Positions 28,141 to 42,619 of a stretch of 64,000 bases of DNA are shown one piece after another; the first letter of the stretch is position 1; every line of letters starts with the position of its first letter. Position numbers and translations under genes: made by a program. The notes under the pieces are model-generated. The model did not search any database. It was not told the origin of the DNA and was given only the letters and a program-made list of their open reading frames with translations. The DNA comes from the human T2T-CHM13v2.0 reference genome, Homo sapiens. The stretch is taken from assembly GCF_009914755.1 (NCBI RefSeq), contig NC_060929.1; one strand, written 5' to 3'.

Positions 28141-30616
28141 TGATGAAGGAAAGAAGGAATGAAGGAGAGACAGGAGAGAGGGAAGAAGGGAAAAAGAAAA
28201 GTGAGAAAAGGCAAGTGCCTGTCACCTCTAGAGCAACTGGCAGGATTGTTTAGTTCCTTCCAACTTGGAGTCTGTAAATAAATATTGCCTCAGCTTCCCT
28301 CTTTTTAAACTCAAGAAAGTTTGCCCAGAACAACCTAAATTTGTATTCCCATTTGATAGGAAAAAATATTCGTTTTAGGTGCAATCAAGCTTATCTTCAC
28401 TTTTGTAGAGATCATCTCTGACATTAACAAGTTGCCAGAGAACGCTGTTACTCAATTTATAAGACAAAATGTTCCCTTCATTGTCTTTATTTTTTTACCC
28501 AGCAGATTTCCTACTTTAAGACCAGGAGGCAATTACCGGCTCCTAGTGATCATCAATCAGTGTTGTCATCCTTAAAGAGCTCAAAATTTCATCCTGTACT
28601 TCTATTTTCATAAAGTGCTGGCTGCAGAGCAAGCTCTCAGAAATGTCCCTGCTTCCCCACGCCAAGTTTTAGGTCTTAAAACTGACCCAAAACCGAAGCA
28701 GAGAAACAGAAACTCACAAACAGAAGGCTTGCTCTGCTTATTTAAGTCATTATTTTCCCACTTTGCTGGTGGAAGAGTATCTGGGACAAAGCAGGTTGTA
28801 GGCAAATGCTACCTATTCAATGAAGGCCATTTTTTCTGACCTCACCGTAGCTGCTGCCTTGACTCACCAGAGAATTACAGTGAGTACAGGTGAAAGGAAA
28901 GCAGGAACAGTATTTGGCATAGTAGAGAAAACTGTTAGTAGTCAGAAGAACTAAATTCAAGTCCTAGCTCCAACACTGGTTGGCTGTGTATGATCTTGGG
29001 CAAGCCACTGTTTCTTCCTTAAGGGAGCTAATATAGTGGTTATTTAGATCATTAATTTTTTATTGATTCTCAGCACAAAGCAGTCAATGAACAGACAAGC
29101 ATCTTTCACCAAGTTGCTTTGGCAACATTCTCTCAGGCTCCTGTTAGGCGCCTGTTCCTAGAGATGATGAGGCTATGGGTATTCATTAACCAAAGGGATT
29201 AACCATCTGGGATAGAGACCAATTAGGACAGAACAAGATCATGTAGAGTGGATTTAGTGTGAGACACAACAGGGACCCGATGTTTATCCCTGGTCAATCA
29301 CAACTTGCTTTCTACCCAGCCCTTACCAGGCTTTAGAAATACAACAGGCTTCCTTTGACCACATCATTGTTCTTACCTATTTACAGGTGCGGACAGTGGT
29401 CACTGACACTGTGGACACCATAGGGGCTGGCAAGAAAAAAAATGATGGAGGCAGAATTCTGTCTGCAGTGGATATAAAAGTAACATAAATTGCATCTGCT
29501 GAGATCAGGTTTTTTTTCCAGGTAAGAGAGTAAATCAATTTCATGTTCAGGCTCCTCTCCTTAACCTCTTCAGGATTATTCTCTGTGATTGTTAATACAG
29601 ATAATTACCAACTTCTAAGTTTTTTGATCCAAATGTTTAGTGTTTTCATCTCCGATGAAATAATGTTTAAAGGGTTATTGAGTTCACAAGGTTAGTCTGC
29701 AAGAATTATTAGTCATGTCACTAAAATTTATTTTGTTTGTACTTACCTTGAGTATTAACTCACTCACCTATGCAGTAAGCAATATAACAAAGCAGTTAAG
29801 GGCATTGGGTTGGAATCCTGACTCCCTTACTTACTCGCTATGTGAGCCTTGGCAGCTACTTAATCTTTTGATGTCTTTGGGGAATTATAATAGTGTTTAC
29901 TTCTAAGTTTTATTAGGATTATATAAGGATTAACTAAGATGTTGCATGTAAAATGACCCAAAAATATTCCCAGCACATAGTATGCACTCAATAAACATTA
30001 ACTAGTTTACTGTCACTGTGCTGCAACATTATTTTGTATCTCTTCCGTTCTTTATAACCAAAGAGCTTACTTAACTAAAACAGAGGCTCACTCAAATTCT
30101 CTCCAGTACTGGCTTGTATGTGTTGTTATAAGGATATCCATGTTTGATGTGGGTGGCAGATTGGGATAGGAAGTAAAAAGATGCCTGAGGAAAGGAAGGA
30201 GCTATGACTACTTCATTCTGGTGTTCCACTGGTCATGAGGCTCAGCTTCCTTCTCTCCCACTGCAGTTGGCTTCCTCTTCAATCCACTCTTAAGTATTTT
30301 CTCCCATTCAGTTTTTAACTGTTCTTAGTTTCTGCTTCCTCATCACTTAAGCATGTCATGACTCCTTACGACTTTAATATCCCTCCTCTTGCAACCCTTT
30401 TGCTTCACCTCCCCATTTCCTGTTAAGAATTCCCTATTTCCCAACATAAATTAGTGAGAGAAGCTGACAGACCTGCCTTATCTCCAGCACCGGGTCGCTG
30501 GTCAACCTCTGAATGCAGGAGCCTTGAGTCAGGTGCCCAACAGTCCAATCACCTGTGGCTGGGAGGAGTGGGGTTTTGAGGCCTATGTTGTCCCATCCCT
30601 TTAGCAGGGGCTATGG

Positions 30617-31095
30617 TGTTGAGAGACAATTCTTCCTCGATTTCTCGTATTTCTGCACATCTTCTGAGCAAGAAGCATGAACAGCTTTGTTCTGTCCTGC
30701 CTTTTCAAAGATGTTTGTATAGCAAATAGTCTTAGGAGACAGATATATTGTCCCCTACTCTCCTCCCAGGTCAGAGGACAGATTTGTTTCCTGGGCAAAA
30801 TGAGGATAATGTCTTGTCCTGGGGCAGATTTCTAGCAGTTCCCTAAGATTGGGGTTTCCTAAGCTCAAATTTCCTCAGCTGTGACACTAAACTCACACTG
30901 TGTGTGTGCAGCACTCCTGAGGGACATTGGGGGGAAGGCAAACTGATGTAATTATGAAACTCATGCTGTCCACTGTGCTATGAGAAATGAAGTCCTTTGT
31001 CTCTGATCCAGGGGTCTTGTATATACTCCTGGGACCTAGGAAATTTGTTAGCTTGCAAGCAGGGAAAAACCCTGAATCCGTTGCAGTCCTTGACA
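30617..31095 (+). mobile_element. ERVL solo LTR (LTR47-like)
   Basis: Starts TGTTGAGAGACAATTCT and ends CCTTGACA. Internal AAGTCCTTTGTCTCTGATCCAGG. Confidence 0.6.
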
Positions 31096-31830
31096 ATGAG
31101 AAGGGATATTCTCCTTCAGGTAGAATGGTCCTTGCAGGCACTGTGGTAAATTCATCCAATGCAGCATTCTGTTCTGCTTCCCCTTCTACTGAGTTTCACC
31201 TACATATAAATTAAGCTTTAGGCAGTTCTTCAGGGCCTTAGTTTTGGGAGAAAATGCATTATACAGTAATGGGGGTTGGGGAAAGAAGAACCCAAAGGAT
31301 TGTGCAACATTTCTGTCCTCCCTGAGTGAACCTCGGTTATGCTCAGATTTGGCACCTCTGCTATATCATAGTGCTGCTGCTAAGTTGAGAGGGGGGACTG
31401 TCTTAACATGGCTGTGCATCTGCATAGCATTTATTTCCCTTAATGTCCAGTGCACTTTAACTTGGCCCATTCAGCTTCTGTGAGTCATAATACAGCAAGT
31501 CTGCCAATTTTACAATGATGCTTACTCCTTATTAAGCCCTTAGTAAGACAGTTTGCAGGGTTCATTGTGTTAGTGCTGGTACGCCAGCATAGTTACAAAA
31601 AAAATTATACAATATTTTGTATCAGAGCCTACATGACCAGCAGAAAAGCCGTGCTTCAGAATTGCCTGCTTTATGTTCTATTTTCTGGATAAAACCACAC
31701 TGGATGCATATGTGTGAATGCTGTAGCACAGGGAGAAAACAAGCAAAAATAAAGCACAGGATATAAGGTCAAACACTGGAGTTTTGGTTATTCTATTCAA
31801 CTCACCCCCATCTCCAGAAAATAAACTCTT

Positions 31831-32132
<302 letters not shown>

Positions 32133-35100
32133 TCAAATTTCCCTGGTTGTAAGTCATCATGGCCTGCTGTGGTCCATAGGGCATACGACCTCTTAGGAGA
32201 TGGGTTCAACCCTTCAACCTATAACTATCTCAATATAGCTATAGATCCTTTGGGCTTGAGAGTAGGTGCTGGTAGCTAAAGTCACCTTAGGGGGCTCATT
32301 CTTTCCTTGCTTTTGTTTCTAGCTTTGGTAATCACAGAAGAGACACTAAGGCTCTGTGTGTCAGGCATTCCCCAAGCTAAGATGAAATCCTCTCTACTGA
32401 GTGAATCCAGCTGTGCTGGGGGTGGGCACGCTAACAGTCTCTTCATTACAATGGACACTTCAGGAGGCCAGGGATCTTGTCTATTTTGTTCACAGGTTTG
32501 TGAGAGTAGGCACTTTGTAAACATTAAATGGACAGCAGCTCAGGTTATACAAATATTTAATTTGTTGGGTTTAATGAAGGTGTTTTTCAGTGGATTGAGA
32601 AAGTATTCCCATTTTATATGTCCTAATATACTATTTTCATAAGCTCCCTAATTTGAAAATTTTTAAACATTTTCTTTCAGGTAGTATTTACTCATTTAGA
32701 TGTGGGTTGTAACCAAGGTGCTCACTTGTGAATAGCTTCGTCATCCAATTGAGGCTGAGCTTGCTTCCCAGACAAGGCTGATCTTGTAAGCTCCTCATCC
32801 CTATCTTCATCCGCTTTAAAGGTCAATTTAAACGGAAATAAAAAGTCTAACACTCTAGAATGGCACCAAACCTAGAATACTGCAATACCAGGGTTGGGGG
32901 ATCCTTGGTCCAGGTAAGGAGGAAGAATTATTTGTTGGGGCCAAAAGCTAGTCGGTATGATGGCATGTAGAGAAGCCCCTTTTAACAGCTGTCTGTAACA
33001 GTTGGGTTCTCTTCACAAGTCATTGGGACTAGACTAACAGAACTAGGGCACAATGTAAACGGCTGGATTTTTTAAAGAATTCTTTAAAAAAGAATTTAAA
33101 ATGGCATTTATTAAGGATTGAAATCAAAAGGAAAGCCCCTGTCAAGTGTCTCTTCCTACGAATAAAACAACTTGGGAGTAGGTTCTGTACTCTTTGGAGT
33201 ATTTGCAGTTGTGGAGGGCAGATGTCCATGGCTTCTAGAGGAACTGAAATCCAGACCTTTGGAAAGGGTAGCACAAATTGCTTGTAGAAAGATGTCTGGA
33301 TAGTTAGCTCTTGATGGCTAAGAGACAACAGGATGCTATACACCTTTCAGGCCTGGGACAGTCTCTGCAGAACAGTTTAAGAATCCCAGATTACCAGGCA
33401 AAGGTAGGAAGTTCTCATTAGATCTTACTGGTGACTAAGAAACTTCACTAATCAGGGCCACATTAGAATCTTGGTCATCAGTACACAAATATCTTAACAT
33501 GTTAGCAAAATAATATAGCAAGGAAAAAATATTTCTCAAAATTCTGAACAGATCCTAATTTTTTCTGATAAAACAAAACAAAAAAAACAAAACAGACTGC
33601 ATCTCAAGCAATGTACTTAAATAATAACACTGATAACACTGATCAGGTAAGCTGTTCCTACTCAGGAAGGCAGCATGAAGTGGACAGAACCGACAGCATC
33701 TCCTTTAAGAACCAGGGCTCTTTGACCATGTCTGGGGCTCATTTTTTTTTTTTAATTTGTAAAGTTGAGACAATAAATCAACCCTGCAGACTTATTATGA
33801 AGATGAGATAAGATAGAAAGCCTACACTATGCCTAATATTTAGTGTTTCATAAATAGAAACTATTATTATAATGTAAAAATGCATTTAAAAATGAATCTT
33901 CGTAAGAAGAAACATTGTTATAATCTAAGGAAATTACTGACAGTAAGAAGTATCTTTCTAAAAAAATAAAGACCTCCTCCCTGTCAATGTTCACTATAAA
34001 AACTGTATATTGATTATATACTAATAATATAAGATGCAATAAATTACCAACTATATTAGTGTTAGGTTTCATAATTAATATTATGAAAATTACACTTTAT
34101 TTTGACTTAATAAGGTTCCCGTCAAATTCTCAACTCTTGAAAGGTAATTAATATGTTTTTAAGAGTGTTTTATCTGAAATGTTCATCATTCTCCAAAAAG
34201 TGGTGCTATAAACAATGATGGAAACCAAGTATAACATATTTCCCTATGACTTTGCACATCAATGAAAAACATTTTTTTCAAACCCTTATTCATGCACAAA
34301 TAGTGGTAGTACTGAACCTATAATTTAGATTCATTACTTTATAGAGAAAACAGAAGCAGGGTGATTACGTGACTTTGTCAAGGTCATGTTATTTCAAACA
34401 CCACAATTTTGAGATGGGAAAAGGCGGACTCCAAAAATTATTAAAATGAGCTTGACATTGATCACTTAACAAATTCTAAGGCAGATTATTAAACAGATGT
34501 CACGTAAGGAGTTAGAAAAAGAGGCAGTATGGTTTCATTAAGAATGAGGCGTTACCAGCTGACTTCATTTCCTTTCTTTAATATACTAGTACATTAGGCT
34601 ACTTCCAAAGACAGTGCATAGTGCATCTGTCTGCCAAACACACTAAAATTTTTAGTGTCCTTTTTAGGAAAGATGAAGAAACGGGCATATGAAGTGACTG
34701 GTAGTTACCGCAACAACTGTAACCAAATTACTAATTAACGGATCACTCACCTTAAGTGCAGTGTATAGTGGCATTCTAAAGAGGGTCTGTACTGCATCCC
34801 ATTCAATTCAACATGTATCAACAACTTAGACAAAGCCACTACATACCAAAGGTATGCTTTATCAAAATTGGAATGGATGCAAGGCTAAGACGAAAAACCT
34901 GAATTCACAAGAACCTTCACAAATCAAATTCAGTAAGGATGAATGCTGTCCTTCAATTAGGTTAATAAGAGATTGTTTAAGTAAAGATTAGGCGGGGACT
35001 TGGCTTACCAGCAATACCTGTGAAGCTCAGCAAGAGACAGCAAACAGTATGACAGCCTGGCTAATAATGATGGTGGTAATAATAACATATACCAACCATA

Positions 35101-35593
35101 ACAGCCACAGGAGAATCACTCTGAAGGTGGCAACAGTGCTCCTGAACCCTGCCCTAGTTCGACCACAGAACTGTGTTTAATTCTGAGCAACATACTTTAA
35201 GAGAAGGAGTGAAAGAGCCAACTCTAGGCTGGTCTGGAATAGATACCATGTAAGATTTCAGAAAGCGTGAAGCCTGAAGAAGGATATGAAGAGGTGACCA
35301 CACAGGAGAAACAGGACTTTCTAATTTCACGTGTGCTGTTTATAGAGAAATTTGGTGACAATCTTCCAACAATGAAATTCATCCCTTGCAGGGGTGCTGA
35401 ATGGCTCCATCCAGCAGTGGCTGAATGAAAATGATGATGAAATTATAAAAACATCAACAGTAGAGGTATACCACTGATGTTTCCAGCTCTGAGACTATTT
35501 TTCTAGTACATATTTAATCTATTAGAGGAGAATCAGAATTCTAAACTTTCTAAGCATCTAAACAAAATGATTAGTTTTTATCCAACTTTGTAA

Positions 35594-35718
35594 ATTTTTT
35601 TGAGATAGGGTCTCACTATGTTGCCCAGGTTGCTCTTCAACTCCTGGTCTCAACCAATCCTCCTGCCTCAAGCCTCCTGAATAGCTGGGATTATAGGTGC
35701 ACACCACCATGCCTGGCT
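35594..35718 (-). mobile_element. Alu monomer (FLAM-like)
   Basis: ~125 bp, TTTTGAGATAGGGTCTCACTATGTTGCCCAGG...CCATGCCTGGCT. Confidence 0.8.
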
Positions 35719-36174
35719 AGTCTTTGTCTAATTGAATTGCGTAATTTATCAGCACCCAATTGACCCTTCTGAAATGACTGAGTTCTCTGAACTGTTTGAG
35801 AACCACAAGGAATCTTGCTAAACAGTTAGATTTAATAATATTTCCATGCCTGATTTGGAGAAAACCACTGATGTGAGGTGGGCTCCCTTCCTTATTAAGG
35901 GTTTCTGCAGTCCGGAGTCAGTGTGGAAATCAGGTTCTGCTGAAACCTACGGGATAGCTAAGGATGTCAGGGAGGAGAGGGCAAGGACTCAGAGACCCTC
36001 CAGCAGTAGGAAGTCCATCAACTACTTCTGTCTGGCTCTTTCTAGGGCTTTCTTAGATTATAGTTCAAGGACTTCTAACATCACATGCTCAGTAGTGTTA
36101 TCTGTCATTAACTCTAAATCCTTCAGGGGTTACATTATAGAAGTGATACAATTACACAATTAAATATTAGAAAT

Positions 36175-38686
36175 GACCACCGAGTATATTCTGTTTATTG
36201 TTTATGATTTACACAGAAAATGATGGGCTGGGGTTATAGAACAATAAACCAACCATTACATTTAGACCTGGGCTTTTGAAAAACTTGCATTCCATTTTAA
36301 CAATTCGTATGTATCTAACAAATACATAAATCCAGATCACAAATAATCTTAAGAGTTAAACAATTAAGAAACACAAAGAATACCACATAGATCTACCTTT
36401 AAATATCAGCATTCATATTATAAGAAATAAGAAAATGTTAAAAAAATAAAATTAGGTTAAGTCACAACATAAAATAGAGAAATAAGATAAATGCTATTTT
36501 ATTAATATTCATACTTATTTCTAATTTACCTTCATATAGTCTTAACTTTTTCAAAAGGATCCAAGATATGATCAAATAATATTTTAGTATCTGAACTTGC
36601 CAGCCTTAGCTTATACCAGAGCTTGTTACCATGAAAATCCTAAAACCTCAATTTTCTTTTTCTTTTTTAAAATTTAAGCCAACTCTTATTCAACTTTTCT
36701 TCTTCACAGCAGCTGTTTATAGATAGTAGGGAGCCAAGAATGAAGGACAGTAACAGATGGAAAGCAAAAAGTACAACAGCTATCTTAAGTTCAGCTCTCA
36801 ACATTGCTGGTTGAGTTTGGAACCAAAACCTCTTAACAACTGGCAGATAATAGCTAAATCTTAACAGACAAAGAAGAAATATTTTCTTTGGGACAGCTGC
36901 TATCTAGAAGAAAACCAAGGTCCCTTAATATAGTCTAAATATAATGTGTGGCTTATTATAGAGAAATCTTTAGCAACGTAAGTTTAACCAGTAAGTGTCA
37001 CAACTGATCAACAGTACTTAAAAGGAAACAAACAAAAATCACACTAGCCACAAATTTCCACCATATACACATGAAATTAATTTTAATCTGTTTTGACTCC
37101 TTGACACTAACTGATCATTAATGAAATATGATATGGAAAGATCACAGAGTAGAAAACAAGCAAAGATTAGTTTATACAACAGTGACTATATACATCAGAG
37201 GGAAAACATGCTAGCTAATGCAACATTAAGGCCTGAATGTAAGCATTTCCCAAGTCACAGAAGCCCCAAAGAACTCCTAAATTACAAATTCATCACATTA
37301 CATGCATGCAATGTTCACTTTTGTTTTACCCATAAAAGGATACACAGTATTTTGCTGTAAATACCAGACACATTTACAATATATGCAAAAATTAGAATGC
37401 AAGTGTTATGTTCCTTATATTTAAGCCTCATATGTGCCAACAGTGAAAATTCATTTATTTTTAAGAATGAAAAAAGGAGACGGGATATAAATACTCAGAG
37501 AAATACACGAATAAGATGTAACTCTGCATTTGGGAAGCCATATAAATATTCCTTTTATGTGCCCAAACTAAATTATCAATGTACCAGTTAGACGGACATA
37601 CACTCACTATGTGCTTTACTATTTTACTTGCTCAAATGTTCTACAGTCATCATTCTCTAGTGTTAACATCAAATCACATTTGTAAGTGAACTATTATGTC
37701 CATGTTTGCACATACTCGTCCACTGTGTGTGATCACCTGAAGGAGACATTGTGCATCTTAGTTTGGGGTTATATAATTACAAAGATGACCCTGTGCAAGT
37801 TTTCAGACCTTCCAAAATACTGTAGAAGCAAAATTACCTTAAACTAACTATAAGCAATATTAAACAAATGTGCCATGAGTGTTCTGGGCCTTCAAGTATA
37901 ATTTTAACCAAGGAGAAACAGGTTGGGTAAGAGGTTAGAAAGAGTTTCATAAGGCCATCTAATTCAGCTCATTGTACCAAGCCCTGAGCACACTAGATTC
38001 TTTGTATGCTTTACTAACCTTACGTTAAGCACATCCACTGGTTTCATTAAGGATTTTACTACCTAACTTTATTTCAGGGGGAGTTACGTCTACGATTTAA
38101 AACTTTTGTAATGTTCTGGCCAAAATTTTAGCCTTCATTTGGCATTCTGAAAAGTTCTAATTTTAAACAAAAATGGACTTTCTGAAAAATTTCTCAGCAT
38201 ATGAACCAAGAGGTTATGATATAGCAAAATCAAAGGGACTAGTGAAAAAGCATACTTTAGAATTTGTTTCATTTCCAATGAAACCAAATTTTACTACGGT
38301 TGTGAACACAGTCTTTACATTTGATGCAAACAGGACAGCTTAATTATAATCACTTAGTGGCAGTATTACAGACAAAGCCAATAACGTATGCCACACAGAT
38401 GATTATTTATTCTGGAGAGAGTCAACTGATAAGCTTGGCTTTACAATTAATACAAACATATTCAACTAAAGAAAATGGATGCACTGTCTCAACATTCAGC
38501 TTAAAAATGTTTAATACTTTCTGCAAACCTAAATTTAGTTTAGAAAGGTTAATATTCTTTCTAAACTATGGCATATACTATATATAGCATTTTTAAATAT
38601 ATTTATATATAATTATTTGCACATGAAATTTAGAAGGAATTTGCAGATTTACTTTGATACACTGATCTCATTTCAACTGTCAAGGT
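36175..38686 (-). other. PJA2: PJA2 3' UTR (~2.5 kb; 3' end approximate)
   Basis: AT-rich stretch with no interspersed repeat that I could recognise, running from the stop codon to a minus-strand AATAAA with UGUA upstream and a GU/U-rich element downstream. Confidence 0.75.
36194..36199 (-). terminator. Likely distal polyadenylation signal AATAAA of PJA2
   Basis: Plus-strand TTTATT. On the minus strand, TGTA lies ~10 nt upstream and TTTAATTGTGTAATTGT lies downstream. Confidence 0.7.
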
Positions 38687-38812
38687 TTAGGGTGCTTCTG
38701 CAATACTGTCATTTGAAGGTGGGGCATCAGGATCAGGCTCAGAGGAAGGAGCTGCAGATGCTTCAATAACCGCAGGTGGGAAATGACGGCGGCACACAGG
38801 GCATGTTCCCGA
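38687..38812 (-). CDS. PJA2: PJA2 last coding exon (probably exon 10): [41 protein letters not shown]
   Basis: Acceptor TTTTTTTTTTCTCCAG. CPVC supplies the last two RING-H2 ligands. TAA stop at 38687-38689. Confidence 0.97.
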   Translation of the reverse strand, partial: SGTCPVCRRHFPPAVIEASAAPSSEPDPDAPPSNDSIAEAP

Positions 38813-39228
38813 CTGGAGAAAAAAAAAATGTTAAGAGCCACCAGAATCATCTTAACTGCCACACAAGTAACTTAATAAAGAAAAAACAGTGTCATTATCC
38901 TAATAATAAGACTCTTAACAACAAAAAACAAACTTCAAATCCACACAATGCAGAAAGACATAATTTTAATACCTTTTCCTCCCTGCCCAATCAGACTCTA
39001 GTTTCTTTGAGGGTAAATGATGTCTCTTATTCATGTTCGTATCTTTAAGGTCATTCATCCTCCTTAATTTAGTGAGTTTTAATTAAGAGCTGCTAAACTC
39101 AGCAGTGATGCAATGGCAGAGGGTGAGCAAAGAATCATGGCACATGTCCACATGGAGGTCAGAGTTTAGCTCAACAATAATCTGAATTATCATTATTTAG
39201 TCTATTATGCGTTTACTAGAGAAACCAC

Positions 39229-39286
39229 AGACCTACTTTAATTCACACCAAATCATTTATGATTTGGTGTGAATTAAAGAAGGTCT
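39229..39286. repeat. Near-perfect inverted repeat (28-bp arms, 1 mismatch, 2-nt loop)
   Basis: AGACCTACTTTAATTCACACCAAATCAT-TT-ATGATTTGGTGTGAATTAAAGAAGGTCT. Confidence 0.95.
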
Positions 39287-39800
39287 ACGATGAATTAACG
39301 TAGGTCGATGGCAAATTAAAGCCTCATTTTAGGGTAGCACAGATATGTCAAAGCAGATGGACTTCAGACTTTCTTTCTAAGCCATGACATTTCTTTCCAA
39401 AAAGAGATAAGAGTGTTAGGTGCCTTCTAAATGACAAAACAATCAACCACAGACCTTGGAGAGAAGGTGGGAAGGAGAAAGCAGTTATACTAGGAGCACA
39501 ACATTCTAGGACCAATGGACGATTATAGAGCTACGTTATCTGATAACAGATTATCCCCTTGCAAATCTGGTCTTTTTCCCAAAGAGAACTCCCTGCTGGA
39601 AGGGAGGCTGAAGAGATCATGCTGTCGAAGGCAACAAAGAACTGTATCTTGGGAACATTCTCCCCAGAAAAAAAGCAGGAAAGGCTTCACACTAAGGTAT
39701 TTCCTGACAGGAGAAAGACTGAAGAGACTGTTACTTTGTGTTACAGCAAAGTCTCAAGTACAATTCAAGGCTGTACAACATATATTACGTTTACCGTTTA

Positions 39801-40124
<324 letters not shown>

Positions 40125-40724
40125 TCAGCAAACATTTATTGTGTACTTGCCATACAGATTGGGCCCCAACAATAACATTTTAGAGTCAAATAGATGAGTG
40201 TGGTCTTGATGAACTACATACTAGCTATTTAAACTTAGACAAGTAACAATCATTAGAAAACGGGAATAAAGATAACAATAAGTCCTAAAGTACTGTGAGG
40301 ATTAAAGGAGAAATCATGAATCATTAAAGAGGAATCATCTAACAGTGACTGACACACAGCAGGCACACAAAACACTGCTTCTTAAGTCTCTGAAGCTATC
40401 ATGGGAATTTAAAGACGGCATTTATTAAGGACAGAAAAGGTGGAATTTAAACTGCACCTACCTATATCATCTAATCTTACAGATGGTATAGGGAAAAATC
40501 ATGCCAGACTTCAGGAGCAAATGCATAGAAACATGAGCAAGTGTACAGAAAAGTAAATCTGAAGAAACAAGTTGGGGGTCTAAATCACAGAAGGCCTTGA
40601 ATGTCAAGATTAAAACTTCAGATTATTCCACAGGTGACTGGAGGTCCCTCTCTTTCTTTTATGAGAAGGGAAGTACATTATCAGAACTACATTTCAGAAA
40701 ATGCCTTTAATGATGGCATGATAG

Positions 40725-40910
40725 ATAATGAAGATTTGGAAGAGTGAGGGGATAGGAAGAGGCGAAGATGATGAGAAATTAGTTAATGGGTATAATGTAT
40801 GTTATCCAGGTGATGGGATATCCTAAAAGCCCTGACTTGACCACTACATAACCTATGCATGTAACAAAGTTGCACATGTACCCCACAGATTTATGCAAAT
40901 AAAAAAGAAA
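40725..40910 (+). mobile_element. L1 (L1PB/L1MA-like) 3' end fragment
   Basis: AATGGGTATAATGTA...AAAAGCCCTGACTTGACCACTAC...GTAACAAAGTTGCACATGTACCCC...AAATAAAAAAG. Confidence 0.75.
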
Positions 40911-42073
40911 TGAAAAGAAAGTACCTCTAAAGGAAGTAAGGAAATAAAGTAGGTCACTACAATAGTAGTTAAGACAACAAGGGTTGAAGGTCTAATGTAT
41001 GGGAGTAGAAATGAAATGAGGGAATGGACCTCACAGACTCAGCCATGCTCGAAAATTTTAAGAGTTGGTGGCTCTGCATTTTCTGCTTCCCCAATAATTT
41101 TAATAACACCTACTTCCACTACTACCACCATCATGTACAGACACTGAAAAAGTCATTTTCTACTGAATTCTAACTTTCATTAGTAATAAGTTTACCATTA
41201 CTTTTCCTATATGTTTACTATGTGCCAAACACTATATTAAATTCATCATGGATTACCTACTTCAACTCTTATAAAAACACTAGAGGTTGGTATATTGTAC
41301 AGCACAGCCATCTAGGCTGTATTAACAAAATGCCAGATAAACAGATTAAGAAAAATCACCTAAAATATTATTTCCCAAATTTTGTTCTGGGAGAAGGGAG
41401 AGAGCAAGGAAAGCAGTATTTTAAAACTAATTCAGAATCCAGCATTATACCTCAATCCAGAATACCAGGAAGTCTCATGAGACTTGAGACACACATTATC
41501 TCTATGCAGACAATACTCCTCAAATAATACACATTAGCACGTGCTGTTTACTGAAGACTGCTAGCTGGTCTTTGTAACTTGCACCATAAGTTTTTATTTG
41601 TGATTTTGTTGTTAATAAAATAAAAACACCTCTAATTTCTAATAATAGCTTTCATCTGATATGATTTGTAAAATATTTACTGGGCACTTACTACCTGACA
41701 GGCACTATGGGTTATCTCATACAGAGGTATTTTATAAAAGAACAGTGAACATTTCTAAACTGGATTTCAGAGATTTTAAGTGGAATTTTGAGAAGAACAA
41801 AGTGGCAAATAGAAATAGAGGAACAGCAAAGAAAGGAAAAGGAAAGACGGAAGGAAGGAAAGGAATGGGAAAAGGGAAGGAGAAAAAAAGCACTGGTTTA
41901 TAGGGAAGAAAGGGAGTTGTATTCCTAAGTAGATAATTTGGGAAAGTGACTTGGGAATTCCTAGTGAACTGGATGGTAAATATCCTTTATGCAAAAACAG
42001 AGTTCACAGAGAAGACTGAAATAAAACACTTCCTTTATTTAAATAATTCAAATATGCTTAAGATTTATTGGGT

Positions 42074-42259
42074 CCCTCTCCCTCTCCCTCTCCCTCTCCC
42101 TCTCCCTCTCCCTCTCCCTCTCCCTCTCCCTCTCCCTCTCCCTCTCCCTCTCCCTCTCCCTCTCCCTCTCCCTCTCCCTCTCCCTCTCCCTCTCCCTCTC
42201 CCTCTCCCTCTCCCTCTCCCTCTCCCTCTCCCTCTCCCTCTCCCTCTCCCTCTCCCTCT
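42074..42259 (+). repeat. (CCCTCT)31 perfect hexamer repeat at the SVA 5' end
   Basis: 186 bp of uninterrupted CCCTCT, counted directly. Confidence 0.97.
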
Positions 42260-42619
42260 CCCCACGGTCTCCCTCTCATGCGGAGCCACAGCTGGACTGT
42301 ACTGCTGCCATCTCGGCTCACTGCAACCTCCCTGCCTGATTCTCCTGCCTCAGCCTGCCCAGTGCCTGCGATTGCAGGCTCGCGCCGCCACGCCTGACTG
42401 GTTTTGGTGGAGATGGGGTTTCGCTGTGTTGGCCGGGCCGGTCTCCAGCCCCTAACCGCGAGTGATCCGCCAACCTCGGCCTCCCGAGGTGCCGGGATTG
42501 CAGACGGAGTCTCGTTCACTCAGTGCTCAATGGTGCCCAGGCTGGAGTGCAGTGGCGTGATCTCGGCTCACTACAACCTACACCTCCCAGCCGCCTGCCT
42601 TGGCCTCCCAAAGTGCCAA

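Noticed and set aside
38680-38862. 60-aa minus-strand ORF over the last exon
   Set aside because: Wrong frame. The spliced frame reads SGTCPVC...AEAP*.
41946-42519. ORFs encoding poly-LP, poly-SP, poly-GE and poly-GR dipeptides
   Set aside because: These are frame translations of the SVA hexamer. Nothing in the sequence supports translation, so repeat-associated translation would be speculation.
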